DNA from: Candidatus Binatia bacterium
GTDB taxonomy: Bacteria > Desulfobacterota > Binatia > HRBIN30
Assembly: GCA_038245295.1 (NCBI GenBank)
Contig: JBBRSP010000032.1
Location: 1-64,000, forward strand
Reading direction: 5' to 3'
DNA length: 64,000 bases
The notes beneath the pieces are model-generated. The model had not been told where the DNA came from. It was given only the letters and a program-made list of their open reading frames with translations, and did not search any database. Shown piece after piece: positions 57,709-64,000 of the stretch (its first letter is position 1; each line of letters begins with the position of its first letter). A program made the position numbers and the translations under genes.

Positions 57709-58652
57709 TGGTCGAGCTCCTTTAGGACAGCCGCGGCGAGGCGTTTCGACTTCGCCGGTGTGGTCATCAGGGTGTCGGTCACCAAGACCCGCATGCCCAG
57801 ACGCGCGATCGACGGCGCGTAACGCACGTCTCGCTCGTCGATGACGAACAGGTCCACGAAATCGGTGTAGAGCTTGGCAACGCCGAGCGGCGACACGTCG
57901 TGCCCGAGGCCGCGTAGCATGCGATGCAGGGGACCTTTTACGGGCAGACCTCCAACAATGGGACTAATCGCGGCGACCTGAGCCGAGGCCTTGGCCAGCG
58001 CCTGGCGCACACCCTTGAGCGCGACGATCGGGCCGATGCTCACGAAGGGGTTACTCGGCGGTAGGATGATGTGCTCCGCCGCACGAATGGCGGTAAGTAC
58101 TCCCGTCGCCGGTGCCGCGGCTTTGGCGCCGCGTGCCTCGATGCGTTGGACAACACCGATGCCGCGTTGGTGTACCAGGTATTCTTGAAAGGGTAGGGCG
58201 CCGCGCTTCGCTACCGTCACGAAGGTGCGCACCGAAGCGTCAGTCATCGGCAGAACCGTGGGCTTCACCTCGAGCGCACGCGCCAACTCGGCCGTTACCT
58301 TCGATAGCCTGACGCCGCGCCGCAAAGACTCGGTGCGATAGATGTGTGTCGCCAGGTCGCGATCGCCGAGCTGAAACCACGCATCCGGATAGAAGCGGCG
58401 TAGGGCATCTAGACTCGTGTAGGTGTCGCCGGCGATACCCCAGCCCTGTTGCACCGACGCGAGGCCGGCGAGGGTGTAGAGGATTGTGTCGACGTCGGGA
58501 CTGACGTGCAGCCCGAAAAACGTCTCATCGTCACCGGTGTTGACAATGACGGTGAGACGTCGCGGGTCAATGAGTGAGTTGAGGCCCCGCAGAAACCGCG
58601 CTGCGCCCACTCCTCCAACCAGAACTGTTATGCGCTTCGTGTACTTGGCCAT
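57705..58652 (-). CDS. cofD: 2-phospho-L-lactate transferase
   Basis: GGVGAARF, VNTGDD, SPDVD, WFQLGDRDLATH, PSNPFVSI, VKGP. Confidence 0.95.
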   Translation of the reverse strand: MAKYTKRITVLVGGVGAARFLRGLNSLIDPRRLTVIVNTGDDETFFGLHVSPDVDTILYTLAGLASVQQGWGIAGDTYTSLDALRRFYPDAWFQLGDRDLATHIYRTESLRRGVRLSKVTAELARALEVKPTVLPMTDASVRTFVTVAKRGALPFQEYLVHQRGIGVVQRIEARGAKAAAPATGVLTAIRAAEHIILPPSNPFVSIGPIVALKGVRQALAKASAQVAAISPIVGGLPVKGPLHRMLRGLGHDVSPLGVAKLYTDFVDLFVIDERDVRYAPSIARLGMRVLVTDTLMTTPAKSKRLAAAVLKELDQ

Positions 58653-59811
58653 CGGAGACCTTGCCATACAGGGTTGTACGCTCTTCGGGAATACGCCCCA
58701 CGCCTTCAATTAACGCGCGGATGCTCTCGACCGGCAGGTACTCGCCGGCGTCGGCGCCGGCCGACTTGGAGATTTGCTCTTCCATCAGCGTACCGCCGAA
58801 GTCGTTGCAACCGGCACCCAGCGTGATCTGCGACAACTCGAGGCCCAACTTGACCCACGAGGTCTGCAGGTTGTCGATCCAGCCGCGCAGCATGAGACGC
58901 GAGAACGCGTACATGCGCACGTCCGGGATGCCCTTTGGTGGGGGATCAACCAGGCCCTTCTGGTACAGCGCCGTGTAGGTATGGATGAAACGCAGCGGCA
59001 CGAACTCGGTGAAGCCGCCGGTCTCCTTTTGAATCGTGCGCAACAGCTCGAGGTGGCGCACCACGTGTTCGGGCTTCTCAATGTGTGCGTACATCACGGT
59101 CGATGTCGTGCGGACGCCGACGCGATGCGCCGTGGTGATGATTTCCACCCAGGTGCGCACGTCGACTTTCTTATGACTCAAGACTTCTCGAATCTCGTCG
59201 TCGAGGATTTCTGCCGCGGTCCCAGGGATCGTTCCCAGCCCCGCATCGCGCAGCATCGAGATGTAGTCGTGGTAATTCATGCCGGTGCGGCGCGCGCCGT
59301 ACATGATCTCCATCGGCGAGAAGGCGTGCACGTGTAGCTGCGGGAAGCGCTTCTTGATGTCGACCAGGAGGTCGCGATAGCCGAAGGCGTCCATCTCGGG
59401 ATTGATGCCGCCCTGCATGCACACTTCGGTGGCGCCGCGATCGATGGCGTCCTGGATCTTTCCGAGGACGATCTCATTCGAGTCGGTGCGTGCGTCTTCG
59501 TCCTTGCGATGCCGCGCGAAGGCGCAGAACTGGCAGCCTACGAAACAGACATTGGTGAAGTTGACGTTGCGGTTGACGACATACGTGACGACGTCTCCCA
59601 CATCCTCGCGGCGAATGTGATCCGCCGTACGAATCAGTGCCGCCAGATCGGTGCCGGTGGCGTGGAGCAACGCCAGACCGTCTTCGAAGCCGAGCTCTTG
59701 GCGATTGAGCGAGCGTTCGAGAATCGCGCGCATCGTGGGCGACGCTTCACCAAGAAGCGAGTCGAGCGAGCCCGACTCGAACACGAGATCACGCAGTTTG
59801 TGGATCAACAT
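58567..59811 (-). CDS. cofH: FO synthase subunit CofH (radical SAM)
   Basis: VTYVVNRNVNFTNVCFVGCQFC, EVCMQGG, PGTAAEIL, QTSWVKLG, GGTLMEE. Confidence 0.93.
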   Translation of the reverse strand: MLIHKLRDLVFESGSLDSLLGEASPTMRAILERSLNRQELGFEDGLALLHATGTDLAALIRTADHIRREDVGDVVTYVVNRNVNFTNVCFVGCQFCAFARHRKDEDARTDSNEIVLGKIQDAIDRGATEVCMQGGINPEMDAFGYRDLLVDIKKRFPQLHVHAFSPMEIMYGARRTGMNYHDYISMLRDAGLGTIPGTAAEILDDEIREVLSHKKVDVRTWVEIITTAHRVGVRTTSTVMYAHIEKPEHVVRHLELLRTIQKETGGFTEFVPLRFIHTYTALYQKGLVDPPPKGIPDVRMYAFSRLMLRGWIDNLQTSWVKLGLELSQITLGAGCNDFGGTLMEEQISKSAGADAGEYLPVESIRALIEGVGRIPEERTTLYGKVSDGQVHEAHNSSGWRSGRSAVSAGPQLTH

Positions 59812-61019
59812 AGTTCAACTCCTCTGTCGGCGGCACAGGCTACTACATGGGGATGTAGGCTGGAATCGAGGAACTCCGAACGCTCGACGTAGTCGGCGTA
59901 GATCGGCAAACGCGGCCGCAGGGCAAAGCCCGCTTCCGTGCAGGTTTGCGCCAGAGCGGCGATGTGCGGCCAGGGCGCCTCGGGATTGACGAAGTCCGGC
60001 GTCAGCGGCGAGATACCGCCCCAATCGTTGATGCCGGCATCGATCAGCAAGCGATGGTCCGATGGGCTGAGGTTGGGTGGCGCCTGAATGTTCATGTCAG
60101 GCATCATCAGCCGTGCGATGGCAATGACCTTGGCGATCTCGACGTTCTCCGGCTCCGGATGGGCCGCCATCTTGGTGGTCGGCTTGGCGCGGAAATTCTG
60201 AATGATGATTTCTTGAATGTGACCAAAGTCGGCGTGTGCTTGGGCAATGGCAACGAGGCTATCGATGACCTCGGCGCGGTTCTCGCCGATGCCGAGCAGG
60301 ATCCCGGTCGTGAACGGAATCTGCAGCTCGCCGGCCTCGCGAATCATTTGCAGGCGCCGCACCGGGTCCTTGTCGGGTGCATGGTGATGCGCCTCACCCT
60401 TGCCGCGCAAACGCGGGCTGATGTTTTCGAGCATCAGACCCATACTGACGTTGACCGGCTTCAGGGCGCGCATCTCGTCGCGGCTCATCAAGCCGGCGTT
60501 GGTGTGCGGCAAGAGGCCTTCTTGGATGGCGATCTCGCAGGCCTGACCGACGTAGCTGATCGTCGACTCATGCCCGAGCGCCGCGAGGGTATGGCGATAG
60601 CTCTTGAACGCAACTTCCGGCTTGTCGCCGAGGCACATGAGCGCCTCGATGCAGCGCAGTTTATTGGCCTGACGACTGCTGGCGCGAATCTCTTCAGGGA
60701 GCATGGTCCATGCCTGTGCATCCTCCGGGTCAGCACGGAATGTACAGTAGGCGCAGCGGTCGCGGCATAGGTTGGTCACCGGCACGAAGACCTTGGGCGA
60801 GTAGGTGAGGCGGCGCCCCTTACGGGAAGTACGCACAAATCCGGCGGTAGCGATCAGCGCGCCAATCTCAGCGCTCGTCTCCGTGTTCAATAGTTCAAGC
60901 GCCTTGGTTGGCTTGAGTGGCTCGCCGCGTAGGGCGCGCTCGAGTGTGGCACCCGCGGTGGCGCTGACGGCGGAAAGTCCGGGCGCCTCGTGTGCGGCAG
61001 GCGCGGCTGCGTCGAACAT
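59805..61019 (-). CDS. cofG: FO synthase subunit CofG (radical SAM)
   Basis: TYSPKVF, CRDRCAYC, LLPHTN, PFTTGILLGIGE, QAPPNL, DWGGISP, NPEAPWP. Confidence 0.93.
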   Translation of the reverse strand: MFDAAAPAAHEAPGLSAVSATAGATLERALRGEPLKPTKALELLNTETSAEIGALIATAGFVRTSRKGRRLTYSPKVFVPVTNLCRDRCAYCTFRADPEDAQAWTMLPEEIRASSRQANKLRCIEALMCLGDKPEVAFKSYRHTLAALGHESTISYVGQACEIAIQEGLLPHTNAGLMSRDEMRALKPVNVSMGLMLENISPRLRGKGEAHHHAPDKDPVRRLQMIREAGELQIPFTTGILLGIGENRAEVIDSLVAIAQAHADFGHIQEIIIQNFRAKPTTKMAAHPEPENVEIAKVIAIARLMMPDMNIQAPPNLSPSDHRLLIDAGINDWGGISPLTPDFVNPEAPWPHIAALAQTCTEAGFALRPRLPIYADYVERSEFLDSSLHPHVVACAADRGVELC

Positions 61020-61129
61020 AGCGTCGTTGCTACCACAACCGAATCGACTGCCATAGTGGGTGTCGCATTCTTGGGAAGGATCGCCTGTTTACCGAGATTC
61101 CTGTTCGTGGGGCGGTTCGCGAACCGCCC

Positions 61130-61837
61130 CTACGATGGGTGTCGGGCAGGAGGCGCGAGGCCTGCATCGGCTTGCGGCTTGAAGCGGCGACGCACGCGCA
61201 GCGTCAGCACCCCGTCGTCGGCGCGATGTGTCTCGAGGCAAACGCGTAGGCGTTCAAGGTCGGCGCCGCTGAAGATCGCCGCGCTCAGGGCGACGATGGT
61301 CTCGAAAAGAGCTTCCGGCATGCGGCCGATCGTCACATCGGGGTCCACCGCGTCATCAAAGAGGAGCTCAATCACGCTGGCATCGGTTCGGCCGACCGTT
61401 TCGCGCACCATGCCGATGAAGCGATCGAGCTTCGTCGGACCGAGTGTGAGAGGATAAAATGTCTGCTCGACGGCACGTCGCAGATGGGACTCCTCGATGC
61501 TGACGGAGGCTTCGACGAGGCTCAGGCTTCCGGGACGGAAGTGCACCGTGGGCGGCGCGTCAATCGAGTCGCGGCTGAGGCTCAGGACGAACGACTTCTC
61601 GCCGTTGGTGACTTGAATCTGCGCGCTGGCGGCGGGATCCCACATGGGGTGTGTGCTCTGAATGGCGTCGCCGTCGATGCGTAGGTGCGTCAGACTGTGC
61701 CCGGCATGGGCTGCGAGAAATGTGGTCAGATCCGTGTCGTCGGCCGCGACCAGGGCGTGCGACAGGAGGGGTAGGGCGGTGCCGCAATCACGGCAGCCGA
61801 GCCAACCTGATGCGGCACTAGTGGAGGGACGAGGCAC
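61130..61837 (-). CDS. Hypothetical protein with CxxC...HxxH motif
   Basis: Start overlaps the kinase stop; CRDC and HAGH. Confidence 0.55.
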   Translation of the reverse strand: MPRPSTSAASGWLGCRDCGTALPLLSHALVAADDTDLTTFLAAHAGHSLTHLRIDGDAIQSTHPMWDPAASAQIQVTNGEKSFVLSLSRDSIDAPPTVHFRPGSLSLVEASVSIEESHLRRAVEQTFYPLTLGPTKLDRFIGMVRETVGRTDASVIELLFDDAVDPDVTIGRMPEALFETIVALSAAIFSGADLERLRVCLETHRADDGVLTLRVRRRFKPQADAGLAPPARHPS

Positions 61838-62912
61838 TCGGCGCTCCGTTGGGAAGGCGTAGTTCGACGTAGGTCCCAGCCTGGGTCTTGCTACGGACGT
61901 CGAGCTCGCCGCCGAGCAGGTTGGTCAGTCTCGTCGCCAGACGCAGCCCAAGCCCGAGGCCACGATGGCTGCGCGAGTGTGAGGCGTCGGCTTGTGTCAG
62001 CCCCTGCAGAGCGCGCCGCAAGTCCTCGTCGCTCATGCCAACCCCAGTGTCTTGAATGCCGATGCTGAGCATCTTGTTGCCCACGGCGATCCGAACGTCG
62101 AGCTGGCCGCTGCCGGTGAACTTCATGGCGTTGTCGAGCAACGCGTCGAGGATGCGTTCCACCATGCCCTCGTCGCTGAACAGATGGTACGCGTCCGGCG
62201 CTCCCACCAGGCTCACATCGAGATGTTTAGCGAGAGCGATCGGGCGGGCGCGGTCGATGGCGCGGCGCACGGTGGCGACAATGTCGAACGTGTCGGCGAA
62301 CGGCTCGACGTCGCCCGCCTCGATGGCGTTGAGCAACATGACATCTTCGATGAGCTGCAACAGGTCGACCGAATTGGTGCGGATACGTCCGAGCGCAAAC
62401 CGCTGATCCTCGGTGAGGATCGGATGCAATTCGTCGCCGAGAATCGAGCTGTAGCCGATGATGGCGCTCAACGGCGTGCGCAACTCGTGCGACAGATTGG
62501 AGAGAAAGTCTTCCTTGGCGCTGCGACTACGCAGGCGCGAGCGTCGCCGAGCCACGGCGCGACGCACCAGCTCGGTTACCTGGGGTACGTCGAATGGCTT
62601 GGCGATGTAGTCGAAGGCGCCGAACCGGATACCGTCGAGCGCCGTGTCGAGGGAGCTGTATCCGGTGACGATGATCACCTCGATGTCCGGGTCGAACTGT
62701 TTGATGCGTTCGAGGACTTCAACCCCCGGCATCACCGGCATGCGTAAATCGAGCGTCACGACGTCGACCGAACGCTGTCGGATGACTTCCAACGCCTCCA
62801 TCCCACCGCTGGCCACCACCACATCGTACGACGTCTTGAAGATCATCCGCAGCGACTCGGCCGGACCGCGTTCGTCGTCTACAATTAAAAGCGTTGCGCG
62901 TTCATCGGCCAT
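61818..62912 (-). CDS. Hybrid receiver-histidine kinase
   Basis: IVDDE, DLRMP, AKPF receiver; SHELRTPL H-box; NAMKFT, DTGVG, GLGL. Confidence 0.93.
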   Translation of the reverse strand: MADERATLLIVDDERGPAESLRMIFKTSYDVVVASGGMEALEVIRQRSVDVVTLDLRMPVMPGVEVLERIKQFDPDIEVIIVTGYSSLDTALDGIRFGAFDYIAKPFDVPQVTELVRRAVARRRSRLRSRSAKEDFLSNLSHELRTPLSAIIGYSSILGDELHPILTEDQRFALGRIRTNSVDLLQLIEDVMLLNAIEAGDVEPFADTFDIVATVRRAIDRARPIALAKHLDVSLVGAPDAYHLFSDEGMVERILDALLDNAMKFTGSGQLDVRIAVGNKMLSIGIQDTGVGMSDEDLRRALQGLTQADASHSRSHRGLGLGLRLATRLTNLLGGELDVRSKTQAGTYVELRLPNGAPSASSLH

Positions 62913-62941
62913 CGAGTCCCCTTCTGCAATGTGCAGAACGG

Positions 62942-62957
62942 AGCACGTGTGGTGCCA
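62942..62957 (-). promoter_or_regulatory. Candidate sigma54 promoter
   Basis: Minus strand TGGCACCACACGTGCT, GG-N10-GC. Confidence 0.6.
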
Positions 62958-63135
62958 ACCGAGCCGTGGCGAGCGTGATGCGCTGGGGGAATGGACCTAA
63001 GCAGTTGGTCTCAGGGATAAAACTCGATGAAAATCGTTCGGTGTCGAACCCCCGAACGATCCTCTGCCGTACTCTTGCAGTTCGAAATTGTACGACGCGG
63101 CCCTGGGCCGTTCGCTTCTGTACGGACCCGCCAGG

Positions 63136-63552
63136 TCACTTTTCTTGGAGCGAACTCACATACTCGGTAATCTGTAGTGCCTTGCCACGCGCTCTGGTCT
63201 CCGCATTCAAGCTCATGCCGTCTTCGGCCCGGAAGATGTCGCCCCACACCGGCATGTCGGCATCACCATGGGCGCGGACCGTTTCACGGCCGTCAATGAT
63301 TCGAATCATACGGTTGAACGGGAAATCACCGTGGTTCGCCTTGGCGATCTGGGTCAGATCCGACGGTTTCGGCCGCAGGTACTGCGAGACGACACCTTCG
63401 CCTTTGCCGTTTTCGCCATGACAGGCGCTGCAGTAACGCATGTAGGCCGCCTTCGACGGGCCGCGGGGTTCGGCGGTGACGGCCGACACCGAGGCCAGCG
63501 CGAGCAGCATGCTCGTCGCGACCACGCCTTGAACGATCATTCGGACATTCAT
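63136..63552 (-). CDS. Monoheme cytochrome c
   Basis: AAGGAG RBS; signal peptide; YCSACHG, PSDLT, MPVWG. Confidence 0.9.
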   Translation of the reverse strand: MNVRMIVQGVVATSMLLALASVSAVTAEPRGPSKAAYMRYCSACHGENGKGEGVVSQYLRPKPSDLTQIAKANHGDFPFNRMIRIIDGRETVRAHGDADMPVWGDIFRAEDGMSLNAETRARGKALQITEYVSSLQEK

Positions 63553-63579
63553 GAGAGATCTCCTTCGAACGATTAGCCG

Positions 63580-63595
63580 TGCAAAGTACCTGCCA
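63580..63595 (-). promoter_or_regulatory. Candidate sigma54 promoter
   Basis: Minus strand TGGCAGGTACTTTGCA, GG-N10-GC. Confidence 0.65.
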
Positions 63596-63882
63596 TCGTA
63601 CCGGCACGCAGGCAAGACAGGAAAAACACGAACGGAGCTGAGTCGGTTCCCATTGGCAAGAACGTTACGCCTCAAGTTGGGTCGGACGTCCGCTGTCCGC
63701 AGCAAACGAGATCCCTGAGTTGCATCGCTTCTCTGTTGCTGTGCGGTGGCGTATGGTCAGGCGACTCGAGGAGTATCGGTTTGAGTTCAACCAATCCGGC
63801 CTCGAGCCCGGTCAAACCGAATGTGCCAACCAACCTCGCCTCGTATTACTGATGTTCGAATTCGTTGCCGGACGCGCAATTT

Positions 63883-63960
63883 GACAGGATGGACAGGATA
63901 TACAGGATGAACCCGACAAGAACGCGCTCTCTGTTCCATCCTGCTTATCCTGCCTGTCCT
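63883..63960. repeat. ACAGGAT 9-bp-period repeats with inverted ATCCTG copies
   Basis: GACAGGATGGACAGGATATACAGGATG ... CATCCTGCTTATCCTGCCTGTCC. Confidence 0.65.
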
Positions 63961-64000
63961 CCGGAGCCTCAGCGCAGGTGGGTCCATCCTGTTGAATTTG

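Noticed and set aside
1..64000. tRNA, rRNA, integrase or prophage genes
   Set aside because: None recognised by eye; a covariance-model scan is needed to exclude small RNAs.

Overview
GC-rich bacterial chromosomal window. The gene content (F420 biosynthesis, several LLM/F420 oxidoreductases, acyl-CoA dehydrogenases, Pro/Thr-linker proteins with dockerin/cohesin-like modules) resembles Candidatus Binatia/deltaproteobacteria-like organisms; this is inference only. The main feature is an ~18 kb extracellular-electron-transfer island (6919-24972). It encodes six multiheme c cytochromes (58 CxxCH plus 2 Cx3CH motifs, counted by eye), including a tetraheme protein with the motif layout of the Geobacter nanowire subunit OmcE. 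It also encodes three NHL beta-propellers, an outer-membrane beta-barrel, a His-rich cytochrome-b-like membrane protein and a divergent 4Fe-4S/FAD NAD(P)H oxidoreductase. Candidate sigma54 promoters and a shared paired YGCAA-N4-TTGCR motif lie upstream of these genes. Other features: a Trp/Phe/Tyr leader-peptide attenuator ahead of DAHP synthase, a probable IS end at the left edge, aromatic-catabolism genes, aguBA, queG, cofG-cofH-cofD-cofE, a cohesin-like/dockerin-like pair of surface proteins, and several families of REP-like palindromes. All family assignments come from motif recognition; no database searches were run.
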